Of a stretch of DNA of 64,000 nt, positions 55,093 to 64,000 are shown piece after piece. The translations under genes and the position numbers were made by a program. The stretch's first letter is position 1. Every line of letters begins with the position of its first letter. Origin of the DNA: Flavobacteriales bacterium UBA3364 (GTDB lineage: Bacteria; Bacteroidota; Bacteroidia; Flavobacteriales_F; PHOS-HE28); the NCBI GenBank assembly GCA_002360495.1, contig DEQO01000077.1, forward strand, positions 11,572 to 75,571, written 5' to 3'. A model generated the notes under the pieces. That model saw only the letters and a program-made list of their open reading frames with translations, was not told the origin of the DNA and did no database searches.

Positions 55093-55548
55093 TCACCATC
55101 CCAGCCCGCCGCGCAGAATACCAAGCAACACGGCGTAACGCGCGGTCTTGCCGATGAACATCAGCGCGACGCTGGGCAGCAAGGGCGCGCGAAAAAGACC
55201 AAGGGCGATCGCAATGGGATCACCGATCACCGGAAGCCAGCACAGGAGCGCAGCCCAAGCCCCGTAACGGTGCACCAGGCCCCGCCATCGGTCGGCCTTC
55301 GCCGTGTCGATCCGAAGACGTCCCATGAGCTTTTCTTCGGGGACCCAGCGACCTAATCCGTAGTTCGTCAACCCACCCAACGTGTTCCCGATGGAAGCCG
55401 CGAGCAACAAGGACAGGCTTGACCAGGCACCCGCTGCCATGATACCAAGAAGAGCCTCCGAACTGAACGGCAGGATGGTCGCCGCCAGGAAACTGGCCAT
55501 GAACAAGCCCCATAGCCCGGCTTCGGCCCACACGGGTCCCAACTCCAT
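55093..55548 (-). CDS. YqaA/DedA-type (VTT domain) membrane protein
   Basis: 151 aa with four hydrophobic helices. The FLAATILPFSSE and LPVIGDPIAIALG motifs are typical of YqaA. Confidence 0.8.
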   Translation of the reverse strand: MELGPVWAEAGLWGLFMASFLAATILPFSSEALLGIMAAGAWSSLSLLLAASIGNTLGGLTNYGLGRWVPEEKLMGRLRIDTAKADRWRGLVHRYGAWAALLCWLPVIGDPIAIALGLFRAPLLPSVALMFIGKTARYAVLLGILRGGLGW

Positions 55549-55599
55549 GCGGGGAAGATAGACCCGGCTTCCGGCATGTACTTTGGTACGCTCAACACC

Positions 55600-56289
55600 A
55601 TGCGAACACTGATCTCGGCCGGTTTCCTGCTCCTGCTCGCTTCCAGTAGTGCCCAGAACGCGAACAATACCAACGCCAATTGGGGAGCCGGCACCTTGGG
55701 GGGTGGCCTTCAGATGGGTTTTCCAACAGGCGACTTCAAGGCCCGTTTCGGGGAAACCATCTACGGCCTCTCGGCCAACGTGGCCCTACCCTTGCGCCGC
55801 CTCCCTTTACAGATCGGCTACGACTTCGGCTGGGGCCGAATGGGCGCCGAATCCGAGCTGCCTTCGAACAGCGGCGGAATATTCGGCACCCCGACCGGCC
55901 CAAAAGTGGAGGTGCGCAGCAGCGTCTACGACCATCTGGGACTCGTGCGCCTGAACCCGTCGCAGGGGCGATACAGGCCATATGGCGACCTTCTGGTCGG
56001 TATGCGCCACTTCGTTACCCGATCCACCCTGACCACCCCGAGCCAGGATACCGAGGAGGAAAAGACCACCAATGTCGTTAGCAGCTATGGCTGGGCCGTA
56101 GGTGTCATGGTGGGGATAACGGGGAATTTTTATGCCGAAGCCCGTGTGGAGCGCCTGTACACCGGAAGAGTGGAGTATGTGGATGTGGGATCCATCGAGA
56201 TCGCCAACGACGGCACCGTGACCTATGACAAGCTGACCAGCAACGTGGACGTGATCAACGTCCAACTCGGGGTCGGCTTCCGGTTCTGA
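55600..56289 (+). CDS. Outer-membrane beta-barrel protein
   Basis: 229 aa starting MRTLISAGFLLLLASSSAQ. It has alternating strands and the terminal LGVGFRF. Confidence 0.65.
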   Translation: MRTLISAGFLLLLASSSAQNANNTNANWGAGTLGGGLQMGFPTGDFKARFGETIYGLSANVALPLRRLPLQIGYDFGWGRMGAESELPSNSGGIFGTPTGPKVEVRSSVYDHLGLVRLNPSQGRYRPYGDLLVGMRHFVTRSTLTTPSQDTEEEKTTNVVSSYGWAVGVMVGITGNFYAEARVERLYTGRVEYVDVGSIEIANDGTVTYDKLTSNVDVINVQLGVGFRF

Positions 56290-56415
56290 CCCCGCGCTAT
56301 GCGCCAACGGGTGTTGGTAACCTTTGCGTAACGCTGCAAAGCCCCCCCGTGGATCGGTGTCAAATGGCCGTAAACTTGTGCCTGAAAAGAGCGACCAGAC
56401 CGCCTACAAGCCACA

Positions 56416-57918
56416 TTGGACGGGCAAATACGCATTCATAGCGCCCTCCTATCCGTATTCCACAAGGATGGGCTCGAACCTGTCGTTCGCGAACTGGATC
56501 GCCTTGGCGTCCACCTCTATTCCACCGGCGGCACGCAAGAGTTCATCGAGGGTTTGGGGGTGAAAGTGACCCCTGTGGAGGACCTCACCACGTATCCCAG
56601 CATTCTTGGCGGACGAGTAAAGACCTTGCACCCGAAAGTGTTCGGTGGTATCCTCGGCCGTCGGGACCTGGAAAGCGATGTGGCCCAGTTGGAGGAGTAC
56701 GCCATACCACCGATCGACCTGGTCATCGTGGACCTCTATCCCTTTGAAGCCACCGTAGCTGCTGGCGGAACCGAGGAGGCCACCATCGAGAAGATCGACA
56801 TCGGGGGCATCAGCCTGATCCGTGCCGCGGCCAAGAACCATCACGACGTGGTCATCGTTTCCGCCCGCGAGCAGTATGGCGATCTGCTTCGGATGCTGAA
56901 GGAGCAGAACGGAACCACCACGCTGGTCCAGCGCAAGGCCCAGGCGGCCAAGGCATTCGGTGTCAGTTCCCGCTATGATAGCGCCATCCACGCCTGGTTC
57001 TCGGGGGAGCGTACACATGTGCTCCGTTACGGCGAGAATCCGCACCAGGAAGGCTCGTTCCGTGGTGACCTGGAGGGCTTCTTCGAGCAACTGAACGGAA
57101 AGGAACTCAGTTTCAACAATCTGCTCGACCTCGATGCGGCAGTTGAATTGATCGATGATTTGGCCACCATCACCGGTGTGCCGTTCGCGATCCTGAAGCA
57201 CAACAATGCCTGTGGTGCTGCCGTGCGACCCACGCTGAAAGAAGCGTGGGATGCGGCACTTGCCGGTGATCCGGTAAGCGCATTCGGCGGGGTGCTGATC
57301 ACCACTGCATCGATAGACAGGACGACCGCCGAAGCCATCGACGGCCTGTTCTTCGAGATCATCGCAGCGCCGGGCTATGATGCTGATGCATTGGAGATCC
57401 TCAGCAAGAAGAAGAACCGGATGATCCTGCGCAGGAAACACGCCATACGTCCCAGGACGAAGGTGCGGACCGCCTTGAACGGCATCCTCTTCGAGGACGC
57501 GGATCAGGTAGTGGCCTCAAGAGAAGCCATGCGCACGGTGAGTGCCAAGGAACCGAGCGCGCAGGAACTGAAGGACCTGATCTTCGCGTCGATCCTGGTG
57601 AAGCATACCAAGAGCAACGCCATCGTGCTGGCCAGGAATGACCAGCTTCTTGCCAGCGGTACCGGACAGACCAGTCGGGTGGACGCACTGGAGCAAGCCA
57701 TCGCAAAGGCCGGCAAGTTCAGTTTCGACCTGCATGGCGCCGTGATGGCCAGCGACGCCTTCTTTCCCTTCCCCGACTGCGTGGAGATCGCCTTCAAAGC
57801 CGGCATCACGGCCGTGGTACATCCGGGAGGGAGCATCCGCGATCAGGACAGCATCGACTTCTGCAACTCACACGGTATGGCCATGGCCATCACCGGTACA
57901 CGACATTTCAAACACTGA
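56416..57918 (+). CDS. purH: Bifunctional AICAR transformylase / IMP cyclohydrolase
   Basis: 500 aa. It has ALLSVFHKDGL, the MGS-like domain and a C-terminal AICARFT domain ending TGTRHFKH. The start as listed is TTG at 56416, since I saw no ATG in the 5' part of the listed ORF; the exact start is uncertain. Confidence 0.93.
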   Translation: MDGQIRIHSALLSVFHKDGLEPVVRELDRLGVHLYSTGGTQEFIEGLGVKVTPVEDLTTYPSILGGRVKTLHPKVFGGILGRRDLESDVAQLEEYAIPPIDLVIVDLYPFEATVAAGGTEEATIEKIDIGGISLIRAAAKNHHDVVIVSAREQYGDLLRMLKEQNGTTTLVQRKAQAAKAFGVSSRYDSAIHAWFSGERTHVLRYGENPHQEGSFRGDLEGFFEQLNGKELSFNNLLDLDAAVELIDDLATITGVPFAILKHNNACGAAVRPTLKEAWDAALAGDPVSAFGGVLITTASIDRTTAEAIDGLFFEIIAAPGYDADALEILSKKKNRMILRRKHAIRPRTKVRTALNGILFEDADQVVASREAMRTVSAKEPSAQELKDLIFASILVKHTKSNAIVLARNDQLLASGTGQTSRVDALEQAIAKAGKFSFDLHGAVMASDAFFPFPDCVEIAFKAGITAVVHPGGSIRDQDSIDFCNSHGMAMAITGTRHFKH

Positions 57919-57927
57919 TATCGGCCC

Positions 57928-58953
57928 ATGAGCTGGTTCAACTTCTTCACCCAAGAGATCGCGATCGACCTCGGCACTGCGAACACGCTGATCATCCACA
58001 ACGACAAGGTGGTCGTTGACGAACCCAGTATCGTGGCCATCGACCGCACCACCGGCAAGGTCATCGCCGTGGGCCGACAGGCACAGCAGATGCACGGCAA
58101 GACCCACGAGAACATCAAGACCATCCGCCCCTTGCGGGATGGTGTGATCGCCGACTTCAAGGCGGCCGAGGACATGATCAAGGGCATGATCCGCATGATC
58201 AAGCCGGGCCGACAGCTCTTCACGCCCAACCTGCGCATGGTGATCTGCATCCCCAGCGGCATCACCGAAGTGGAGAAGCGTGCGGTGAAGGACAGCAGCG
58301 AGCACGCCGGCGCCAAGGAGGTGTACCTGATCCACGAGCCGATGGCCGCAGCGATCGGGATCGGGATAGACGTGGAGGAGCCGATGGGCAATATGATCAT
58401 CGACATCGGGGGCGGTACCAGCGAGATCGCCGTGATCGCACTCGGCGGGATCGTGTGCGACAAGAACATCCGTGTCGCAGGTGATGAGTTCACCAACGAC
58501 ATCGAGGAGTACATGCGCCGCCAGCACAATATCCTGGTGGGTGAACGCACGGCGGAAACGATCAAGATCGAGGTCGGCGCCGCGATGACCGAACTGGACA
58601 ACCCACCACCCGACTACGCGGTGCGCGGTCGCGACCTGATGACCGGCATACCGAAGGAGATCACCGTGACCTATAGCGAGATCGCGCAGGCGCTCGACAA
58701 GTCGATCAGCAAGATCGAAGAAGCCATCCTGAGCGCGCTGGAGGCCACACCACCGGAGTTGAGCGCGGATATCTACAAGACCGGCATCTACCTCGCGGGT
58801 GGTGGTGCCTTATTGCGCGGTTTGGACAAACGCATCAGCATCAAGACCAAACTACCCGTACACGTGAGCGAGGACCCCCTGCGCGCCGTGGCCCGCGGTA
58901 CCGGTATCGCCCTGAAGAACATCGATCGATTCCAGTTCCTGATGCGGGAGTGA
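57928..58953 (+). CDS. mreB: Rod-shape-determining actin homologue MreB
   Basis: 341 aa, reading IAIDLGTANTLI ... DIGGGTSEIAVI ... GGGALLRGLD. Confidence 0.97.
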   Translation: MSWFNFFTQEIAIDLGTANTLIIHNDKVVVDEPSIVAIDRTTGKVIAVGRQAQQMHGKTHENIKTIRPLRDGVIADFKAAEDMIKGMIRMIKPGRQLFTPNLRMVICIPSGITEVEKRAVKDSSEHAGAKEVYLIHEPMAAAIGIGIDVEEPMGNMIIDIGGGTSEIAVIALGGIVCDKNIRVAGDEFTNDIEEYMRRQHNILVGERTAETIKIEVGAAMTELDNPPPDYAVRGRDLMTGIPKEITVTYSEIAQALDKSISKIEEAILSALEATPPELSADIYKTGIYLAGGGALLRGLDKRISIKTKLPVHVSEDPLRAVARGTGIALKNIDRFQFLMRE

Positions 58954-59099
58954 TGGCGCCCTTGGGCTACCTCATCGCCTTACACCCAGGTTCATAGTAT
59001 GTGGCAATCCAGTGAGTGGCGAACGGCGAGCGGCGGGTCCGGCGCCCGGTACCGCCGGATCCACCACTTGCCGATCGACAAGCGTCACGCTCCGATCCC

Positions 59100-59930
59100 A
59101 TGAGGGACCTCTTCCGCTTCCTGCACCGCATCCGCAGCACGCTGATGTTCCTCGGGCTGTTGCTGGTCTCGCTGGTGCTGCTCTATAGTGGCAACGAGCA
59201 TCATCAAGCACGTGCGATCAGCTCCAGCAATGCCTTGGTGGGCACCATCTTCACCTGGCGCAAGGAGATCACCGATTACACCAGCCTGAAGGAGGTGAAC
59301 CGCAAACTCGCGGAAGAGAACGCGGGCTGGCGCAACCGGCACAGCAACGCGTACACCCCCGTGGAGGGTCCGTTCGTCCGCATCAACGACACGATCCGCC
59401 AGCAGCAGTACCGCACCATCACCGCGAAAGTGGTGAACAGCACCTGGCACAAGCCGAAGAACTACCTCACCCTGGACAAGGGCAGCAAGGCCGGTGTGCA
59501 CGGGGACATGGGCGTGATCGGGCCCAGCGGCATCGTCGGTGTGGTGCGTGACGTAAGCCCTTCTTTCGCTTCGGTGATCAGCGTGCTCAGCCCGGATATC
59601 AAGACCAGTGTGCAGATGCGGGGGAGCAAACACTTCGGCCTGCTTTTCTGGGACACCAATGATCCGCTCACCTCATCGGTGATCGACATCGCCAAACACG
59701 CCCGTGTCGCCGTGGGCGATACCGTGGAGACACGCGGTGGTGACGGGATATTCCCCGCTGGGATAACCGTCGGTGTTGTGGAGACCGTCGAGAACGCCCC
59801 CGGCAGCAACTACCACGACATCACGGTTCGGTTGAGCGAGGACATGACCCGTAGCGCGTTCGTGTACGTGGTGGACGACCTGCAGAAGATGGAGCGCGAC
59901 ACCTTGCAACAAGCGAACGAACGGCCATGA
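59100..59930 (+). CDS. mreC: Rod-shape-determining protein MreC
   Basis: 276 aa starting MRDLFRFLHRIRSTLMFLGLLL (ATG at 59100). It has an N-terminal TM helix, a coiled coil (LKEVNRKLAEEN) and beta-rich domains. Confidence 0.88.
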   Translation: MRDLFRFLHRIRSTLMFLGLLLVSLVLLYSGNEHHQARAISSSNALVGTIFTWRKEITDYTSLKEVNRKLAEENAGWRNRHSNAYTPVEGPFVRINDTIRQQQYRTITAKVVNSTWHKPKNYLTLDKGSKAGVHGDMGVIGPSGIVGVVRDVSPSFASVISVLSPDIKTSVQMRGSKHFGLLFWDTNDPLTSSVIDIAKHARVAVGDTVETRGGDGIFPAGITVGVVETVENAPGSNYHDITVRLSEDMTRSAFVYVVDDLQKMERDTLQQANERP

Positions 59931-60451
59931 TCCTCACCGTACTCGCGAACCTGTTGCGCTTCTTGCTTTTGATGCTGCTGCAGGTGCTCGTGCTGGACCA
60001 TCTCGACGTCGCCAACGGCTTCATGGTCCCCTACCTGTACGTGCTCTTCCTCCTGATGCTGCCCATTGAACTTCCGGCGTGGGCGCACCTGAGCACCGGC
60101 GCCGCCACCGGCCTGGTCATGGACCTGTTCAGCAGCACTCCCGGCATGCACATGAGCGCCTGCGTGGTGATGATGTACGCACGAGGCAACCTGCTCCGAC
60201 TGCTCGCGCCACGGGAAGGGTATGAATTCGGCATGCGACCCACCCTGCCGCGCATGGGCATGGCCTGGTACCTGACCTATGCCGGCTTGCTCATCCTCAT
60301 CCACCACCTCTGGCTCTTTTTCATAGAGTTGCACCGCTTCGACAGTTTCTTCAGCACTTTCTTCCGTGCCGTGCTCAGCGCGGTCTTCACCTTCGGGCTC
60401 TGCCTGCTGGCGCAATTCCTCACCACAAGTCCCGAACGCGGACGACGATGA
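59927..60451 (+). CDS. mreD: Rod-shape-determining protein MreD
   Basis: This 174-aa polytopic membrane protein sits between mreC and mrdA, with ATGA overlaps on both sides. Confidence 0.8.
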   Translation: MILTVLANLLRFLLLMLLQVLVLDHLDVANGFMVPYLYVLFLLMLPIELPAWAHLSTGAATGLVMDLFSSTPGMHMSACVVMMYARGNLLRLLAPREGYEFGMRPTLPRMGMAWYLTYAGLLILIHHLWLFFIELHRFDSFFSTFFRAVLSAVFTFGLCLLAQFLTTSPERGRR

Positions 60452-62301
60452 ACACGGAATCGCGCAAATACGTGCTGATCGCCGGCGTGCTCTTCATCAG
60501 CACGGTCTTCCTGCTGCGCCTGTTCTGGATCCAGGTGGTGGACGGCAAATGGAAGGCGGAAGCAGCCAACATGGCCGAGCGGAGCGTAACGGTATTCCCG
60601 TCGCGCGGCTTGATCTACGATCGCCATGGGGACCTGCTCGTGGCGAACACTCCCGTCTATGACCTGATGGTGATACCGAGGGAGGTGGAGCCGTTCGACA
60701 CCGCACGTTTCTGCGAGCTGATCGGTGTCCCGGAAAGTGATCTCCGCACACGTCTTTCCGAAGCCACCAAGTACTCGAAGTTCAAACCGAGCATCATCGA
60801 GAAGCAGATCCCCGCCGACCAGTTCGCCGCGATCAGTGTACACCTGCATAAGTACCCGGGGTTCTTCGGTCAGTCCCGTACACTGCGCACCTACCCCCCA
60901 CGGGTCGCCGCCCACCTGCTCGGATACCTGAGCGAGGTGAACGCGAAAAAGGTCGAGCAGGATCCCTACTACAAAGCCGGTGACGTTATCGGAGTTGGCG
61001 GACTGGAGCAGTACTACGAAGAGGAGATGCGCGGTCGGCGTGGCGTCAGCTATGTGCTGGTGGACGTACACAACAACCAGAAGGGATCCTTCAAGGACGG
61101 CCTGTACGACACCCTTGCTGTGGAGGGCAAGGACCTCTTCACCGGCATCGATCTGGACATGCAAAAGCTGGGTGAGGAGCTGATGGTGAACAAGAAGGGC
61201 AGCATCGTGGCGATCGACCCGAAGACCGGCGAGATCCTCTGCCTGGTCAGCAGTCCCACCTACAACCCCGAACTGCTCGTCGGCCGCGTCCGTAACGTCA
61301 ACTACGGCGAGCTCCAACGCGACCCGATCAAACCGCTCTTCGATCGCGCCTTGCAGGCACAATACCCCCCCGGGTCCATCTACAAGATCGTGCAATCGCT
61401 GATCGCCCTGGATGAAGGCGTGATCGACCTGAACACCGGATTCCCCTGCACCAAGTCGCTCGTGGGCTGCCACAACCATCCGGCTGCCGGTGATATCATC
61501 CACGCCATCCAGTATTCCTGCAATCCCTATTTCTACCAGGTCTTCAAGCGCATCGTGGAGCAGGACAAGGACCCGAACCGCTTCAAGGACGCTGCGCTCG
61601 GACTTACGGATTGGCACCGATACATGCTCACCTTCGGGCTCGGGCAACGTCTACCCATCGACCTTCCATCGGCCAAGGGCGGTAATATCCCCGACGTCGC
61701 CTACTACGACCGCAAGTACGGCAAGGAGGGTTGGGCCTTCAGCACCATCTACAGTGTCAGCATCGGTCAGGGGGAGGTGCTGGTGGCTCCACTACAGATG
61801 GCCAACCTCGCCGCCATCTTTGCGAACAAAGGGTACTACTATGATCCACACGTGGTGCGTGCCGTCGGGCATCCGGACAGCCTGCAGCAGAAGTACCTCA
61901 AGAAACACGTGACCGGCGTGGATCCGAAGTGGTACGACGCGATCCAGGAAGGCATGCGTCGTGTGGTGAACGAACCCGGCGGGACAGCGAAGAACGCGCG
62001 ATTGAAGGACATCACCGTTTGTGGCAAGACCGGTACAGCGGAAAACCCGCATGGCCAGGACCACGCCGTGTTCGTCTGTTTCGCGCCGATGGAAGATCCC
62101 AAGATCGCCATGGCGGTGTACGTGGAGAACTCCGGCTTCGGTGGTACCTGGGCCGCGCCGATCGCCAGTCTGCTCATCGAGCAATACCTCACGGATACCA
62201 TCACGCGTCCCGATGTTGTAAAGCGCATGAAGGAGGCCGACCTCATCGCCAAGGAAGCAACGTTCGTGAAAAAGGTGAAGCCCAAACGCCGCAGACGATG
62301 A
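60448..62301 (+). CDS. mrdA: Penicillin-binding protein 2 (elongasome transpeptidase)
   Basis: 617 aa. It has an N-terminal TM helix, a PBP dimerisation domain, and the SxxK (PPGSIYK), SxN (SCN) and KTG (GKTGTAE) motifs. Confidence 0.93.
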   Translation: MNTESRKYVLIAGVLFISTVFLLRLFWIQVVDGKWKAEAANMAERSVTVFPSRGLIYDRHGDLLVANTPVYDLMVIPREVEPFDTARFCELIGVPESDLRTRLSEATKYSKFKPSIIEKQIPADQFAAISVHLHKYPGFFGQSRTLRTYPPRVAAHLLGYLSEVNAKKVEQDPYYKAGDVIGVGGLEQYYEEEMRGRRGVSYVLVDVHNNQKGSFKDGLYDTLAVEGKDLFTGIDLDMQKLGEELMVNKKGSIVAIDPKTGEILCLVSSPTYNPELLVGRVRNVNYGELQRDPIKPLFDRALQAQYPPGSIYKIVQSLIALDEGVIDLNTGFPCTKSLVGCHNHPAAGDIIHAIQYSCNPYFYQVFKRIVEQDKDPNRFKDAALGLTDWHRYMLTFGLGQRLPIDLPSAKGGNIPDVAYYDRKYGKEGWAFSTIYSVSIGQGEVLVAPLQMANLAAIFANKGYYYDPHVVRAVGHPDSLQQKYLKKHVTGVDPKWYDAIQEGMRRVVNEPGGTAKNARLKDITVCGKTGTAENPHGQDHAVFVCFAPMEDPKIAMAVYVENSGFGGTWAAPIASLLIEQYLTDTITRPDVVKRMKEADLIAKEATFVKKVKPKRRRR

Positions 62302-63620
62302 GCGCCAGGGAGAACGTCGCCGCCAACTTCGACCGGCCTCTCCTGGTCATGTACCTGCTGCTCATGTTCATGGGCTGGGCCAACATCTATTCCGCCGCCT
62401 ACGACCCCGAGCACGCGAGCATTTTCGACCAGGGCAAGGAGTACGGGAAACAAGCCGTGTGGATGGGCATCAGCCTGACCCTCGGTGCATGCATGCTCCT
62501 GATCCGCGGCGAGATGTTCCGTGAAGCGGCCTATGGGGTATACGGCTTCGTGCTGCTGCTGCTCATGGCAGTGCTACTATTCGGGAAGGAAGTGAACGGG
62601 GCCAAGGCCTGGTTCGCCATCGGAGGATTCGGCATCCAGCCTGCGGAGTTCGCCAAATTTGCGACGGCACTGGCCCTCACGCGCTACCTGAGCGGATTGA
62701 AAGCGCTCGTTGACACCCGCTCGCGGATCATCAGTGCTGCGATCATCCTGGCGCCAGTGGCCCTTATCATGCTGCAGCCCGACACCGGGACATCGCTCGT
62801 CTCCGGCGCCTTCATCCTGGTGCTCTACCGCGAAGGGCTCTCGGGCAACGTGCTGCTGCTCGCCATCCTGGCCGGGGTGCTTTCGGTGCTCTCCCTCATC
62901 CTCAAGGAAAGCAGCTTCGACCTTCCCTTCACCGACCGCCAACTGACCGGTCAGTATTTCCTGCTGGCCTTGATCGCCGTGTTCAGCGCGATCGCCTGGT
63001 GGGCCGTGAGCAATCTGGTGATGAAACGGGAACGCAAGCGATTGAAAGGTCTTATCCTGATGGGTCTCCTGAGTTCGGCCGTTTTCATCAGCAGCGTGGA
63101 CTATGCGTTCAACAAGGTGCTTGCGAAGCACCAGCAGGACCGCATCCTCGTCATGCTCGGGCAGAAGGAGGATCCGCAAGGCCTGGGCTACAATGTGAAG
63201 CAAAGCCAGACCGCGATAGGTTCCGGTGGTTTCGCTGGTAAAGGATATCTCGAAGGAACTTTGACGAAGTTCAAGTATGTACCGATGCAAAGCACCGACT
63301 TCATCTTCTGCACCGTGGGAGAAGAGTGGGGCTTCCTCGGAACGGCCTTCGTGGTGATACTGCTCACTGCGCTCATCCTACGCATCATCCAGATCAGCGA
63401 CCGACAACGATCGCGGTTCACGAGGATCTACGCTTATTGCGTGGCCAGCATCTTCTTCCTGCACTTGTTGATCAATGTGGGCATGACCATCGGCCTGGCC
63501 CCGGTGATCGGCATTCCCCTGCCCTTCTTCAGCTACGGCGGCAGCAGCATGATCTCCTTTACCATCCTGCTCGGGATCCTCGTACGGTTGGATGCGGAAC
63601 GTTTGAGCCAGTTGAGGTAG
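62298..63620 (+). CDS. rodA: Peptidoglycan glycosyltransferase RodA (SEDS family)
   Basis: 440 aa starting MSARENVAANFDRPLL (ATG at 62298, overlapping the mrdA stop). It has QPAEFAKF, TDFIFC..GEEWGF and PLPFFSYGGSS motifs. Confidence 0.93.
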   Translation: MSARENVAANFDRPLLVMYLLLMFMGWANIYSAAYDPEHASIFDQGKEYGKQAVWMGISLTLGACMLLIRGEMFREAAYGVYGFVLLLLMAVLLFGKEVNGAKAWFAIGGFGIQPAEFAKFATALALTRYLSGLKALVDTRSRIISAAIILAPVALIMLQPDTGTSLVSGAFILVLYREGLSGNVLLLAILAGVLSVLSLILKESSFDLPFTDRQLTGQYFLLALIAVFSAIAWWAVSNLVMKRERKRLKGLILMGLLSSAVFISSVDYAFNKVLAKHQQDRILVMLGQKEDPQGLGYNVKQSQTAIGSGGFAGKGYLEGTLTKFKYVPMQSTDFIFCTVGEEWGFLGTAFVVILLTALILRIIQISDRQRSRFTRIYAYCVASIFFLHLLINVGMTIGLAPVIGIPLPFFSYGGSSMISFTILLGILVRLDAERLSQLR

Positions 63621-63664
63621 CTGACCACGCCCCGCATATCTTGGGCAATACCAAGGTCTTTTGA

Positions 63665-64000
63665 ATGCGCCGTATCCGGATCGCTGGTCGATCATTTCAC
63701 CAACTGCTGGCTTATGGGGCAACGGCCACGTGTGCGATGCTTGCTTCGAGACTTGTCGCTCAAGACAGCACGTCCACAGCGGAATTCCAGCTCATCGACC
63801 GGCTGCTCGAACATAGGATCCTATCGGATCAAGGTGCACGGGAAAATCGTAGTTGGGTCGAGTTCAAGAAGTCACTTCCGGTACCGACCGGTGAAGCGGC
63901 GCAACAGGCTTCATTGAACAACCGGATCTTGAACGATCTCGGCCTGGCCGCCACAGCTTACCACAGGATAGCTCGGCTCGCCTACATCGCCGACTCGCTA
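63665..64000 (+). CDS. Hypothetical secreted protein, 5' part only (runs off the right edge)
   Basis: The ATG at 63665 opens a frame with no stop through 64000 (112 codons): MRRIRIAGRSFHQLLAYGATATCAMLASRLVAQD... It has a signal-peptide-like start. It is absent from the supplied ORF track because no stop lies in the window. Confidence 0.45.
   Translation, partial: MRRIRIAGRSFHQLLAYGATATCAMLASRLVAQDSTSTAEFQLIDRLLEHRILSDQGARENRSWVEFKKSLPVPTGEAAQQASLNNRILNDLGLAATAYHRIARLAYIADSL

Noticed and set aside
56290-56415. A possible ZTP (pfl) riboswitch upstream of purH. The words GAGCGACC and ACCGCCU resemble conserved ZTP blocks as I remember them.
   Set aside because: The 5' core (GGGUCGUGACUGGCG) and the 3' CCGCCUGGGCA are not matched: there are insertions in both pairing strands and the GGGCA end is missing. 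The linker between sub-domains would be only 2 nt. Infernal cmsearch with RF01750 would settle it, and I expect no hit.
63714-63917. A 67-aa ORF listed at the right end of the window.
   Set aside because: Its composition is Arg/Ser-rich and implausible. A different frame, starting at ATG 63665, stays open to the window edge and has a signal-peptide-like start. I annotated that frame instead.
1-64000. A scan for rRNA, tRNA, tmRNA, CRISPR repeats and IS elements in the intergenic gaps (the largest are 38216-38370, 49612-49819, 53490-53656 and 58954-59099).
   Set aside because: I saw no cloverleaf-compatible sequences (no GTTCGAATC-type T-loops), no regularly spaced direct repeats and no transposase-like ORFs. 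tRNAscan-SE, Infernal and ISEScan would confirm this.

Overview
This is a densely coding, high-GC chromosomal segment with Bacteroidota hallmarks: a gldA gliding-motility ATPase, a TonB-dependent receptor with a CarboxypepD_reg-type N-terminus, TAnnTTTG -7 promoter boxes, and a purH-mreB-mreC-mreD-mrdA-rodA cluster. I call about 60 protein genes. I saw no rRNA, tRNA, CRISPR array, transposase or integrase. From left to right the window holds: (1) a minus-strand nucleotide-sugar operon (DegT aminotransferase, ugd, UDP-xylose synthase, a signal-less binding-protein-fold gene, hexapeptide acetyltransferase, Gfo/Idh/MocA oxidoreductase) and waaA; (2) housekeeping blocks (mazG-dtd-acid phosphatase-rsgA, gldA, metK, rplU-rpmA, serS ... 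rsmA-mgtE); (3) a methionine operon (trans-sulfuration enzyme, hom, aspartate kinase) behind a textbook SAM-I riboswitch with its own promoter and terminator; (4) fbp, a RidA-family gene, DUF1697 and mfd; (5) an accessory stretch at about 37.1-47.1 kb. The accessory stretch begins with a 1.15-kb insertion flanked by two diverged copies of the mfd 3' end and carrying one orphan 294-aa gene. It continues with a VapC/PIN toxin module, an alpha/beta hydrolase-HxlR pair, an outer-membrane barrel gene plus a beta-lactamase-fold hydrolase, and a frameshifted relic. It ends with three intact tandem paralogues of a signal-peptide/TPR/3-TM protein family whose C-terminal membrane module is nearly identical at the DNA level while the TPR halves have diverged. 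The right part holds an oxidoreductase, an S41 peptidase, LOG, a TonB-dependent receptor with a partner lipoprotein, purH and the rod-shape cluster. The most interesting candidates are the TPR/3-TM triplet with its relic, the mfd-end insertion with its cargo gene, and a membrane-anchored HPt protein. All functional calls come from reading the translated ORFs by eye; no database searches were run.
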